From an uncultured Acidobacteriota bacterium (lineage in GTDB: Bacteria; Chlamydiota; Chlamydiia; Chlamydiales; Rhabdochlamydiaceae), in assembly GCA_963796135.1 (NCBI GenBank), contig CAWCKK010000011.1:72140-136139 (forward strand): a stretch of 64,000 bases of DNA, in the 5' to 3' direction. The notes under the pieces were generated by a model. That model searched no databases, was not told where the DNA came from, and worked only from the letters and a program-made list of their open reading frames with translations. Below are positions 21,415 through 32,434 of the stretch, in pieces (the stretch's first letter is position 1; the number at the start of each line of letters is the position of its first letter). The translations under genes were made by a program, and so were the position numbers.

Positions 21415-22032
21415 ATGAATCCATCTCATCTCTATCAACTTCCCGATCTTCCCTATGATTTTTCTGCCCTGGAACCTTTCATTTTGGGAAAAATCATGGA
21501 GTTGCACTATTTGAAGCACCATCAGGCTTACGTGACTAATTTGAACAGCGCTTTAGAAAAATACCGCGATGCAGAGAGCAAAAACGATCTGCCTGGCATG
21601 GTAGCGTTGCAGCCTGCAATCCGATTTAACGGCGGCGGCCATATCAATCACTCTATTTTTTGGACCAACTTGGCACCCGTCGGCAAGGGAGGCGGAGAGC
21701 TGCCAAAAGGGGAGCTTGCTCAAGCGGTTCAACAAGAATGGGGTTCTATTGAAAAATTGATTGAAAAAATGAGCGCAATGGCTGTAGCCATTCCAGGCTC
21801 TGGTTGGGCGTGGCTAGTTTTGCAAAAAGGGGTAGGACGTCTTGGGGTTGTCACCTGTCCAAACCAGGATCCCTTAAATACTCAGGAGTTCATCCCCCTT
21901 TTGGGCCTGGATGTCTGGGAGCACGCGTATTATCTGCAGTATCAAAATGTGCGTGCTGAGTATGTGAAAAATTTTTGGAAAGTCGTCCATTGGAAAAATG
22001 TGGAAGAGCGGTTTTCTCAAGGCAAAAAATAA
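21415..22032 (+). CDS. sodA: Superoxide dismutase, probably Mn-type
   Basis: [18 protein letters not shown] and DVWEHAYY motifs. Confidence 0.93.
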   Translation: MNPSHLYQLPDLPYDFSALEPFILGKIMELHYLKHHQAYVTNLNSALEKYRDAESKNDLPGMVALQPAIRFNGGGHINHSIFWTNLAPVGKGGGELPKGELAQAVQQEWGSIEKLIEKMSAMAVAIPGSGWAWLVLQKGVGRLGVVTCPNQDPLNTQEFIPLLGLDVWEHAYYLQYQNVRAEYVKNFWKVVHWKNVEERFSQGKK

Positions 22033-22118
22033 GTTTTTGAGGTTGTTGAAGTATAGTCATTTGTGCTATATTAGCGGACTTTAGCATCAGATTTTGAAAA
22101 TTAAGCAACGGGTGTTTC

Positions 22119-23063
22119 ATGGGGTTATTTTCTCGTAATAAGCCGAAGATTAAGGTGCAGACAACCAAAAAAGACGGCTATAGCGGGTGGGTCAAATGCA
22201 CCCATTGCAATGACATGATCCACGCTAATGAGCTCCAGCAGAACTTGCATTGTTGCCCCAAGTGCAACCACCACTATCGCCTATCGGGAAAACAAAGGGT
22301 GGAGTTGCTATTAGACGAGGGGACGTTCTCTGAGCTATTTTCTCAATTCCAGTCTTTAGATCCGCTTGATTTTGTCGATACAGAGTCCTATGTCGATCGC
22401 CTTGAAAGGGCGAAAAAAAATTCCCATCGAGATGAAGCTGCGATCGTAGGCCTTGGCGATATTTTAGGTAAAAAGGTGGCCATTGGGGTTCTCGACTTTT
22501 CTTTTATGGCCGGGTCGATGGGTTCTGTCGTCGGCGAGCGTCTCACATCGATCATCGAGTACGCTATTTCTCAAAAGCTTCCCCTCATCCTGGTCTCTGC
22601 ATCCGGCGGCGCCAGGATGCAAGAGTCAGCCCTTTCCCTGATGCAGATGGCCAAGACCGCAGGTGCTCTTGCCAAGCTGCATGAAAAGGGGCTGCCCTAC
22701 ATTTCTGTGTTGACAAATCCAACCACAGGAGGGGTGACAGCGTCTTTTGCCACTTTAGGCGATCTGATTATCGCTGAGCCGGGTGCCCTGGTTGGTTTTG
22801 CAGGCCCTCGTGTTGTTCAGGGCGCGTTCGGAGAAAAACTGCCTCCAGGGGCTCAACTTTCTGAGTTTTTACTCGAAAGAGGAATGATTGATTGCATTGT
22901 TAATCGCCATGAATTAAAACAGAAACTTTTCCAACTCCTGGATTTCTTAACGGACAATGAGAGGGTCTTTCAAGAGGCTGGCCCACTGCCTGTTGCTGAG
23001 GATCCATCTCCTGCAAAGTTGACGCAAAGGCTGCAGGAGTTGTTGGCACTAGCGGAAACTTAA
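22119..23063 (+). CDS. accD: Acetyl-CoA carboxylase carboxyltransferase beta subunit
   Basis: Zinc finger, [25 protein letters not shown] and GFAGPRV motifs. Confidence 0.97.
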   Translation: MGLFSRNKPKIKVQTTKKDGYSGWVKCTHCNDMIHANELQQNLHCCPKCNHHYRLSGKQRVELLLDEGTFSELFSQFQSLDPLDFVDTESYVDRLERAKKNSHRDEAAIVGLGDILGKKVAIGVLDFSFMAGSMGSVVGERLTSIIEYAISQKLPLILVSASGGARMQESALSLMQMAKTAGALAKLHEKGLPYISVLTNPTTGGVTASFATLGDLIIAEPGALVGFAGPRVVQGAFGEKLPPGAQLSEFLLERGMIDCIVNRHELKQKLFQLLDFLTDNERVFQEAGPLPVAEDPSPAKLTQRLQELLALAET

Positions 23064-23068
23064 AGCGA

Positions 23069-23533
23069 TTGGAAGTGAGTCCTATGGATGAGATTGAAGT
23101 TCCCACATTGATAAAAGAGGAAGATGCGGCGTTTTTGCCCTTGTACGCATCGCAGCTTGCAGCTGGAGCTGATGTGAGGGCCTCTGTCAAAGAGACCGTG
23201 TGGATTGAACCTGGGGCCTCAGCGCTCATCCCGACGGGTTTGCGCTTTGCGATTCCTGCTGGGTATGAAATTCAAATCCGCCCCCGCAGCGGTCTTGCTT
23301 TTCACAACCAAGTCACCGTGTTGAATACGCCAGGTACAATCGATGCCGATTATCGAGGAGAGATCGGTGTTATTTTGATCAACCACGGCAAAACCGCTTT
23401 TGCCGTCACCCCAGGCCAACGGATTGCTCAGGTTGTATTGGCCAAGGTGGAACGGGCGCGTTTTAGCCTTGTCAGTTTGCTTGAGGAGACCTTGCGCGCA
23501 GAAGGTGGATTTGGCCATACGGGCACCCATTAA
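23069..23533 (+). CDS. dut: dUTP diphosphatase
   Basis: [17 protein letters not shown] and GGFGHTG motifs. Confidence 0.96.
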   Translation: MEVSPMDEIEVPTLIKEEDAAFLPLYASQLAAGADVRASVKETVWIEPGASALIPTGLRFAIPAGYEIQIRPRSGLAFHNQVTVLNTPGTIDADYRGEIGVILINHGKTAFAVTPGQRIAQVVLAKVERARFSLVSLLEETLRAEGGFGHTGTH

Positions 23534-23595
23534 TCATCAAATTGCCGACTTTGTTTAGAGCGATTTGATCAAACCATTTTAAGAGGGGAGAGTGT

Positions 23596-24045
23596 GTGGC
23601 AATCTCCAAGTACCTAGATGAGAATCTCGTCGTGTTTTTAGATGCGCAAACGCGTCAAGAAGCTCTAGATCAAATGATCGCCGTTCTTCAAAAGAGGGGG
23701 AAGCTAAAAGATCCCAAAGTATTTCGCGATGCTATTTTAGAAAGAGAGGGGATTGTTTCGACGGGGATTGGGCTTGGAGTTGCCATTCCCCATGCCAAGC
23801 TTTCCGGCTATGATGACTTCTTTGTCGCGATTGGGATCCAACCCAAAAAAGGGATTGAGTGGAATGCACTCGATGCAGCTCCTGTGCGCCTGATCTTTAT
23901 GATCGGCGGTCCCGAGAATAAGCAGACAGAGTATTTAAGAATTTTATCGCATTTTACGGTCGCTATTCAAAACGAAGATCGCCGCAAAAAATTGCTAAAG
24001 ACATACGATGCGCATGATGTGATTGCGCTGTTTGATGATTGTTAG
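23596..24045 (+). CDS. ptsN: PTS EIIA(Ntr)-like protein
   Basis: RE..STGIG.GVAIPHA phosphorylation motif. Confidence 0.9.
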   Translation: MAISKYLDENLVVFLDAQTRQEALDQMIAVLQKRGKLKDPKVFRDAILEREGIVSTGIGLGVAIPHAKLSGYDDFFVAIGIQPKKGIEWNALDAAPVRLIFMIGGPENKQTEYLRILSHFTVAIQNEDRRKKLLKTYDAHDVIALFDDC

Positions 24046-24093
24046 CTCGACGGCCAAAAAGCCCAGTCTAAGGCTGATTAATGGAGTATTGTC

Positions 24094-24816
24094 ATGGATC
24101 TCAAGATCAAAGATGTCGCCGAACTTCTCAGTGTTTCAGAGACAACGATTCGCCGTTGGATCGCCGAAGGAAAAATTCCCGTTTATCGCATCTATCACCA
24201 ATACCGCTTTGACAGCACGGAGATCGAAGAGTGGATGAGGCATTGCAAGGTGCAGCCCTTCCAGAGAGAAGGGGGAGTGTTCAATGAAAAGCAGATTTAC
24301 CCTCTCTTAGAGCAACCCGTACCCCAAGCCTCAGCTTTACGTGGCGGCCTCCACCACTTTTGCCTTTATCGCGCCCTTCACCAGGGGGATGTCCTCTCTG
24401 CAATTTCCGGAACGACAAAAGAGGAGATCATTCGCGGCACCACGGAGGCGGTAGCTCAAAAACTCGGTGTGGATCCAGAAGTTCTCTCCGAATTGCTCAT
24501 CGACAGAGAGCAAATGATGCCTACTGCTTTTAATCATGGCATTGCCGTTCCCCATACCCGAGATTTTTTGCGCAAGGGCCCTCTCGATATGGTTTTTGTC
24601 GTTTATCCCAGCCAGCCGATTGAATACGGGGCCTTGGATGGCTTGCCTGTCCACACCCTTTTCTTTCTCTTTGCCAGCAACGATAAAGGGCATCTGCAAA
24701 TCTTAGCCAAGCTCGCTCATTTAGGCACCTTTACAAGTGCCCTTGAATTTTTAAAGACAAAGCCAGAAAAAAAACAGCTGCTCGATTTCATCCGCAACTG
24801 GGAAGCTACGCTTTGA
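24094..24816 (+). CDS. ptsN: HTH (excisionase-like) plus PTS EIIA(Ntr) fusion, typical of chlamydiae
   Basis: N-terminal KDVAELLSVSETTIRRW HTH; C-terminal GIAVPH EIIA domain. Confidence 0.88.
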   Translation: MDLKIKDVAELLSVSETTIRRWIAEGKIPVYRIYHQYRFDSTEIEEWMRHCKVQPFQREGGVFNEKQIYPLLEQPVPQASALRGGLHHFCLYRALHQGDVLSAISGTTKEEIIRGTTEAVAQKLGVDPEVLSELLIDREQMMPTAFNHGIAVPHTRDFLRKGPLDMVFVVYPSQPIEYGALDGLPVHTLFFLFASNDKGHLQILAKLAHLGTFTSALEFLKTKPEKKQLLDFIRNWEATL

Positions 24817-24868
24817 CTGGACTTGTAGCCATTGGAGGGAGCTGTTTGGGTATATGGCTAAGGTCTAG
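24817..24868. repeat. Palindromic repeat family copy, internally shortened, right after the ptsN stop codon
   Basis: CTGGACTTGTAGCCATTGGAGGGAGCTG ... ATGGCTAAGGTCTAG. Confidence 0.7.
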
Positions 24869-25004
24869 TTTAAGATAATAACGGAAAAATAATAGATACG
24901 CATATGTCTTTGAAGCGGTAGTTATAAGATGTTTTTTCTTTCATAAAAATCCCTTTGGCTCTATCCTCTTCCGGTATATTTTTTGACACTTAGGATAGGT
25001 ATAT

Positions 25005-26477
25005 ATGGCAAAAGAGAAGGGATTATTTGTAAAGAAGACGATCAAGTCCCTCTTGGATGAGGCGCAGAGTTCCCAGCATGGGATGAAGCGCTCGCTGGGG
25101 GCCGTGACTTTGACCGCGATGGGAATTGGCGCAATCATAGGAGCGGGGATTTTTGTCCTCACAGGCCCTGCCGCTGCGCAATACGCCGGCCCTGGCATTT
25201 TAATGTCGTTTATTTTTGCGGCATTGATCTGCGTTTTTGCAGCGCTTTGCTATGCAGAGTTTGCCTCTCTGATCCCCATTTCCGGAAGTGCCTATACGTA
25301 CGCCTACGCGACAATGGGGGAATTGACAGCGTGGATCATCGGCTGGGGGCTCACGATGGAGTATCTTTTCTCCGCATCGACAGTTGCCGTCGGGTGGTCT
25401 GCTTACTTTTCGAGCCTTTTGCGCGATGTCGGCATCTTGATCCCCAAAGCGTATGCCTCTGCGCCGTTTGAATATGAGATTGCCACCGGCTGGGCCAAGA
25501 CCGGCACCCTGATCAACTTGCCTGCGATGGTGATCGTCGGTTTGATCGGCACCCTTGTCGCTGTCGGAATTCGAGCCGCTGCCACCTTTAACAATCTCAT
25601 GGTGATTGTCAAGCTCGGGGCAATTGCCTTATTTGTGGCTTGCGGGGCGGCGTTTATCAACTTTGACAACTTAACCCCTTTTATTCCGCAGAATACAGGA
25701 ACTTTTGGAGAGTTTGGATGGAGCGGCGTGCTTCGGGGAGCGGGGGTTGTTTTTTTTGCCTTCATCGGCTTTGATGCTCTGTCCACAATGGCGCAAGAGT
25801 GCCGCAATCCGCAAAAGCACCTGCCGATCGGGATGATTGGCTCTTTAGGGATTTCGACAGTGGTTTACATGATCATCGGTTTTGTCTTGCTCGGCATTGT
25901 GAGCTATACGATGCTGAATGTCCCCGATCCGATTACCGTTGCTGTTGACGCCTTAGGCGCTAGTTTTGTGTGGTTGCGCTTTGTGATTAAGCTAGCGATT
26001 CTGGCAGGGCTGACCTCTGTTGTGCTCGTCATGATCTTAGGTCAATCGCGGATCTTCTACACGATGTCCAAGGATGGTCTTTTGCCCCAGCCGATGGCTC
26101 AAGTGAGCAAGCGGTTTCAGACTCCTTTCCTCTCGACGGTTTTGGTCACAGGTGTTTGCATGCTCCTTGCTGGGGTTTTCCCCGTTGGCATTTTAGGTCA
26201 GCTCACTTGTATGGGCGCGCTATTGGCTTTTGCGATTGTCTGTTTTGGAATTTTGGTTTTGCGCTACAAACAGCCCACCCTGCACCGCCCTTTTAGAACC
26301 CCATTTGTGCCTTGGATCCCTCTTGCAGGAACCCTTGTCTGCGTGATTCAGATGATTGCCCTTCCCGGGGTCACTTGGGTGCAGTTTGTCATTTGGATGT
26401 TCATTGGAGGTCTGATTTACTTTGGCTACAGCGTCAAGCACAGCAAGGCGCGCGCAGCCCTTGAGAAGAAGAAATAG
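25005..26477 (+). CDS. APC-family amino acid permease (cationic amino acid transporter-like)
   Basis: GAIIGAGIF, CYAEFAS, SGSAYTY and FFAFIGFD motifs. Confidence 0.92.
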   Translation: MAKEKGLFVKKTIKSLLDEAQSSQHGMKRSLGAVTLTAMGIGAIIGAGIFVLTGPAAAQYAGPGILMSFIFAALICVFAALCYAEFASLIPISGSAYTYAYATMGELTAWIIGWGLTMEYLFSASTVAVGWSAYFSSLLRDVGILIPKAYASAPFEYEIATGWAKTGTLINLPAMVIVGLIGTLVAVGIRAAATFNNLMVIVKLGAIALFVACGAAFINFDNLTPFIPQNTGTFGEFGWSGVLRGAGVVFFAFIGFDALSTMAQECRNPQKHLPIGMIGSLGISTVVYMIIGFVLLGIVSYTMLNVPDPITVAVDALGASFVWLRFVIKLAILAGLTSVVLVMILGQSRIFYTMSKDGLLPQPMAQVSKRFQTPFLSTVLVTGVCMLLAGVFPVGILGQLTCMGALLAFAIVCFGILVLRYKQPTLHRPFRTPFVPWIPLAGTLVCVIQMIALPGVTWVQFVIWMFIGGLIYFGYSVKHSKARAALEKKK

Positions 26478-26489
26478 AGAGAGACTCCC

Positions 26490-28026
26490 TCACTCAACTG
26501 TTGAGTGGGGGATTGTAGGGGGCTGCTTTAAACCCTTTTTTCTGCTTAGAGGTAAAAATAGCAGCAGGCCGATGAAAATCCAGCCCATCAAGAAAAAGCA
26601 ATCGTTGATTGAGAGCATGTCTGCCTGCTGGGTCAGTGCTTGATTCATCATTGCAAGCCCTTTTTTCCCCTTCAATCCCAGCTCGGAGAGTTGATCGAGG
26701 TAGGAGGTTGTTTGAGGCGAGTAGGATGTGAGGTTCTCTCCTACGGTCGCGTGGTGGTAGGCGCTGCGGCGGATCCATAGGGTCGTAAAGACCGACGTTC
26801 CCACTCCACCCATCATGGCGCGGACAAAATGAAATAGACCCGTTGCGCTGGCAAGCCTGTCCTCTGGAACATCTTGCATGCTTAAGGCAAATAGAGGGGT
26901 GATAAAAAAGACAAGAGCGCAGCCCAAAAGAAAACGGGAAAAGCCGATATGCCAGATGTCGACGTCGGTGTCAAAATAAGCTGTGTAAAAGCAAGAAAGT
27001 GCAAAGAGGATAAAGCAAACACAGAGCAAGCGCATCGTCCCAAATTTAATGAGGGCCTTGCCCATCCAGGGGCCTGCCAGAAAGGGGGCGATTCCAATAG
27101 GAGCCACCGCAAGACCTGCCCAGATCGATGTGTAGCTCATGCTCGTCTGCAACCACAAAGGCACGAGGACTACCGAGCCAAAATAAATGGCGTACATCAC
27201 TCCAATATAAAAAACGGCAACGGCAAAGGAGCGGATTTTAAAAAGTTTGAGCTCGATGAGGGGTTTGTTTGTCGTTAAACTCCAGACAAACAAGAAAATA
27301 AATGCAATGCAAGAGATGACAGCGCAGGTGAGGATGACGTTGGATTTAAACCAATCGTACTGCTCTCCTTTATCTAAAAGAAACTGCAATGTTGTGACCC
27401 CAAAAGACAATAAAGTCAGCCCTACCCAGTCGAGGGGCTGTTTTTCAATTGGAGTATCTCTACCCTTAAGAATGAGTGCAATGGCGATGATGCTCACAAT
27501 CCCTACAGGGATGTTGATATAGAAAATCCACGGCCAGTTGTAGTCATAAGAGATCCATCCTCCTAAAATCGGGCCGACAATCGGGGCTGTGATGACAACA
27601 GTGCTCCAAAAAGCAAGCGCTGTGTGTTTTTTTTCAGGCGGGGTGATCATGATCAGCAGAGTTTGGCTAAGCGGGATCATGGGACCTGAGGACAGTCCCT
27701 GCAGAAAGCGGAAGATGATCAGCATCTCAAAATTCGGCGCAGACCCGCAGGTCCAAGAAAAAAAGGTGAAAAAGAGCAAAGACAAGCAGATGAGCTTCGA
27801 CAGCCCCTACCCTTTTTGTGAGCCATCCAGTGACCGGGAGTGCAATCGCGTTGCCGACGGCAAAGGAGGTGATGACATAGGTCCCCTGGTCAACTGCAAC
27901 TGCCATATCTCCTGAGATATAGGGAATAGACACGTTGGCAATGGAATAATCCAGGACAAACATGAATGTCGCTGTTGACAAGGCAATTGTCATGATGAGC
28001 TGGAGCATTTTGGAAAGAGGGATCAC
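26490..28026 (-). CDS. emrB: DHA2/EmrB-family MFS efflux permease, one frameshift near 27800
   Basis: LDYSIANVSIP, RFLQG, GPILGGWI, WPWIFYINIPVG and LDKGEQYDWF motifs. Confidence 0.88.
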
Positions 28027-29200
28027 TCTGTCTCCTCCGCAATTGCGCTGTTTTCTAAAACAACCTCAGCGATGATCTTCTCAGCTCCTTCTTCTTGTGT
28101 TTCGAACACATCCGTTGAAAAGGGAACCTCTTCGGTACCAGCAGGCGGAATGATCGGCAGCTGTGTGTCGTGAATGTCGACATACACCTCTGTAGACAGT
28201 CCAAGACGCAAGGGGTATTGGGTGATCTGCTCTTGATCTAAGGAAATCCTCACGGGAATTCTCTGGACGATTTTAATCCAGTTCCCTGTTGCATTTTGCG
28301 GGGGAAGGACGGAAAAGATGCTTCCTGTCCCTCCTGCAATCCCCGCGATCTTTCCTTGAAAAACGACCCCTTTTCCATAGATATCGGATGTGATTTGGGC
28401 AGGTTGTCCAATCCGCATTTTCCCAAGCTGGACCTCCTTGTAATTGGCAGTGACCCACATTTGATGCAGAGGAACAACAGCCATCAGCGGTTTCCCCGCG
28501 GCCACCCTTTGACCGACTTGAACCGTCCGCTGGGCGATCAACCCGGTTACAGGGGCTTTAATCGTGCAGCGCTGTAAAAAAACATACGCATCGCGTAACT
28601 GCGCTTTTTTCTCAACAACCCGCGGATGCGTTGCAACGGTGGTGTTTTCCACCTGAGCTGCAGCGGAGGTGTATTGATATTCTGTTGCGATCAAATCAAA
28701 ATAGCTCTCTTTAAGGAAAGCTTGGGCATGCTCAAAGTCCTCTAGAGAAACGCCCCCCTCCTCAACCAGATGGGCTCGAATGCTGCGTAATCTTGGCCAG
28801 CCTTGATGAACGCGGCTTTTTTGACTTGAATGGCAGCTTCCCACTGCTTGGCCGTTTCAAACATCGCCTGCACATCGCGGACAGAGGCCCCTAATTCGCC
28901 TATTGCTTTGCCAAGGGCGATCCTGGCATCTGTCTTGTCCAACTCCACTAAAGTCATCCCCTGCTGGACAAAATCCCCATCTAAGACGGAAAAGGAGGAG
29001 ACAATGCCGCTTATCTGGGGTGTGATCATGACATTATTCCCATCGACATAGGCATCATCGGTATATTGATAAAAGCGCGCCCAGATCAGCCAATAGGCAA
29101 ACCAAGAGATCCCAATGACAAAGAGGACAAGGGCAGTGATTCCGATTGCCCTGTTTCGTCGGCGCTTGTCTTGAGGCGGTGTTTTCTCAATAGGTGTCAT
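28023..29200 (-). CDS. emrA: EmrA/HlyD-family periplasmic adaptor, one frameshift near 28780
   Basis: N-terminal TM, TDDAYV and PPQNATGNWIKIVQRIPVRI motifs. Confidence 0.9.
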
Positions 29201-30678
29201 TGTAGCGATCTCCTGGCACAAGGAGGCATTGCCTGAGAGCGGTAGCCGCCGCCCAAAGCTTTGATCATCTTCACGACGGCAAGCAGGTAGTCTCTTTGGA
29301 GGGCCAGAAGTTGATAGCGCTCGGTCAGCAGCTGTTCATCTTTTGGTAAAACAGAGAGCAAATTATCGACCCCTCAGCATAACGGGAATATTCTAATTTG
29401 AACGCAGCTTGAGATAGGTCGACCCTTTTTTGTTGAAAGTCGACCGTGTGAAAGGTGGAAGAAAGGATGACAATTTGATCTGCGACCTCTTTTGCCGCAT
29501 TTAAAAGCATCTCGTTATAGCGGTAGGTCTGCTCATTGAAAGAAGCCACCTTTTCTTTTAAATTTGCCGTTAACTTCCCGCCTGTAAAAATAGGCAAATG
29601 GACAGCCGGGACAAGCCCCCCCTGCCTGCTGCCGATGTTGAGAAGCTTGTTAAAGCTCAAGCTCTCTAACTGCCCAAAGGCCATGAGGTTGACGCTCGGG
29701 TAAAAGTCTGCTTTGGCAGCGCCGATCTGCTTTGCCGCGGCTTCCACCCTCCAGACTTGGGCCATCAGATCAGGCCTGCGCGCAAGCAGGTCGGTGGAAA
29801 GATCGGAGGGGAGGCTGATAGAACCCTCGAAGACAGCTCTCATGGGCCGACAGGTAAGATCTGTGTTTGGCCCCACTCCGACAAGCACCGCCAAAGCATG
29901 CTTATCGAGTGCGATTTCTTTCTCTAGATCTACCAATTCAAGCTCTACCTCATACAGGTCTTGCTCCCTCTCAAGGGGAGCGATTGCAGACTCCAGCCCT
30001 TTTTGAGTTCTGGAGGCTGTCAGCTCAAAGAGCTGATCGCGGTTTTGGCAGCGCTGCTTCAGCACTTCCTCTTGGGCAAGCTTAGTTTGTAGTTCGATAT
30101 AGGTTTGCACAACGAGCGTTGTCAGCATTAAAGCAGCCTGTTTTGCCTCTGCGTATTGCGCTTTTGCCTCCCCGAGAGCTGCGCGAAACAGGTTGCGGTT
30201 TTTCCCAAAAAAGTCGATTTCGTAGTTGAAATAAAGCGAAAGATCGATTTGATTGTCCTTTGCAGGGATCGGAGGGCTGCCAGGGGGGGTCGAGAAATAA
30301 GAACGGTTAAAACCATTTTTGCTAAAGTACTGCCACTGTTCTTCATAATCGAAGTCGAGCTTTGGGAAAAGGGCTGCCCTTTCTTTTTTAGCTTCTTGGT
30401 CGGCTTGGGCAACTTTTGCAAGAACCTTGCTTAAAGTAGGGCTCATCCACAAGCGCCTTTTCGACGATGGCATTCAATTGAGGATCTTCAAACATTTCCC
30501 AAAAGCGCTCCGTGGGCCAGCCCCCCTCCTCAAAGAACTCTTGGGCATGAGCTAGCTTCAAGGATTCCTGCAAGGGGATGGGCCCGGATAGATGCGCTAG
30601 ATCCTCCTTTGAAACTCGACCGCAGCTTCCCAAAAGCAATAAAAATAAACCGAGTGTTTTAAAAAAAGAATGAGGCAT
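29197..30678 (-). CDS. Outer membrane efflux factor (NodT/OprM/TolC-like lipoprotein), frameshifts near 30450 and 29350
   Basis: Lipobox LLLLGSC, FEDPQLN, LLARRPDL, AKADFYP and terminal KALGGG; ATGA overlap with emrA. Confidence 0.85.
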
Positions 30679-30844
30679 ATGATTAATAAACAAAAATCCA
30701 GTTATCGTCATTAAAAATAGATGAGAAAAGAGAATTGCAAAACGAAACTCATTAATATGGATTCTGTGCTAAAGGAAATAAATAAAAACGCAAAAAGTTT
30801 TGATTGTCAATCCTTTACGTTTAACTTAATAGAACTGTTCGGGC

Positions 30845-30926
30845 CAGGGAGTTTTTGACATATGAAAAAGATTTGGTATGCATTCCGGGTAATGACCTAT
30901 CAAATCTTTTTCATCAGAAAGCCCTG
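30845..30926. repeat. Imperfect inverted repeat upstream of the efflux operon (17-bp core, 1 mismatch)
   Basis: ATGAAAAAGATTTGGTA (30862-30878) pairs with TATCAAATCTTTTTCAT (30898-30914), with further outer pairing. Confidence 0.6.
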
Positions 30927-31107
30927 ATATTGCCCCCCGAATTTGGATCGAAAATCAGCCAAAATAATCCCAAAAACCGACGAAAAGTTTTACTGAGATA
31001 GGTTCTAATATGAATTGATTTTTGAAGTTCCTATCGACTGGGGGGCTGAAGTCTAGTCTAAGAGAAGCATTTCATTGACAATTCATGTAACTTCAGACCG
31101 CCTATTG

Positions 31108-32390
31108 CTAATAACGCGTTTTGCGTCTGTAGGCAAAGAAGAAGTAAATGAACGCTGCGGCCAGCACCGCAGCTCCTAGAAGAAGGGGGGAGTAGATGTT
31201 CCAGCCTGCAAGGGGGCCTGCAATCAGTGGAGATATGATAAGGCCAAAAGACACATCGCACGCCTGCCCCAAGAGCTCTGCCTTGCATCTGTTCCGATGC
31301 TGACAGGGACAGGAGCGATCGCGAGGTTAACCCAGGCAAGCGCTCCTCCGGTGAGCGCAATCGGGATGATGATCCAGTAAGGCCATAAGTGGTTGGGCCA
31401 TACATAAAGGGCCACCCCAATGAGGCAATAAAAATCCGGTGAGGATCAGGTGGCGCAAGGAAGACCGTCCGGACAGCTTTTATTTAAAAACATGGCGACA
31501 AAAAACCAGATGAGGGCCATGTACGCAAAAATATCCCCAATCTGACTGGGTCCAAGTGAAAATCTCTGCACTAAGAATGTCGGCGAAAAGATGAGAAAAA
31601 AGGCCCAGCCAATAGAGAAAAGCAGATAGGCGATCAGAATGGTGCGTATTGTTTTAAGATGAAAAACAAGTCTTAAATCTTTAAAAGTGTCGGAGAGTTT
31701 GTGATTGCCTTGCTTCTTTTTAGGTTTCCAGGTTTCGACGTAGAAGAAAAACACAATCAGAAGGTTGATGAGCGCGGCGATTGCTGCGAAGATAAATGCT
31801 CCTGATCCTGAAAGCCAATCGGGGTTGGCTAGTTTGCCGCCAATCCAGGGACCCACCACAAACCCAAGCCCTCCCACACTGAGCAATACCCCGAAAGCTT
31901 TAGTGCGGTGTTTTTTGTCTGTAAGATCGGCTGTTGCTGATTGCGCTAGCGAAAAGTTGCCGGAACACAAACCTGTCACAATACGGCCGATAAACAACCC
32001 AGCAACGCTCTGTTCTGCTGTGCTCGTCGCCATCCAAGCATAGCCAAGGATGCTGAGGGTGATCGAGCCTAGGAATACTTTGTACCTGCCAAAGTGGTCT
32101 GCCAAGGCACCGGCAATGGGTGCTCCAAAAAATTGAGCTAGGCCAAAGACGGCAAATAAAAGCCCGAGAATCATCGTTTTTGTCGCTTCAGGGGTCCCTG
32201 CTTTAAAAAAGTGCAGGTTGGGATTGAGCAGCAAAGGGGCTAAAACCGGAAAAACAATCGAGAACCCGACAAGATCCAAGGTGTATGTCATGAGGACAGC
32301 AAGGAACGTGCGGTATTGGGTTGTGTGCGAAACATGATTTTTCAACCTCAAGTTTTCTGAGTTGTAAATAAACATGTTTTTTCTTGTCAT
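31108..32390 (-). CDS. DHA1/TetA-like MFS exporter, C-terminal part broken by several frameshifts
   Basis: DLVGFSIVFPVL, GALADHFGR and GFVVGPWIGG motifs; the C-terminus can be traced through alternate frames (QMQGRALG, PLIAGPLAG) to a TAG at 31108. Confidence 0.8.
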
Positions 32391-32434
32391 TATTTATTTT
32401 TAATTGATAAGAATAAATTTAATTAGCAAGAGAA

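Noticed and set aside
24094-24260. Excisionase-like HTH suggesting a prophage or integrative element
   Set aside because: It is the N-terminal domain of the standard chlamydial HTH-PtsN fusion; no phage or integrase genes are nearby
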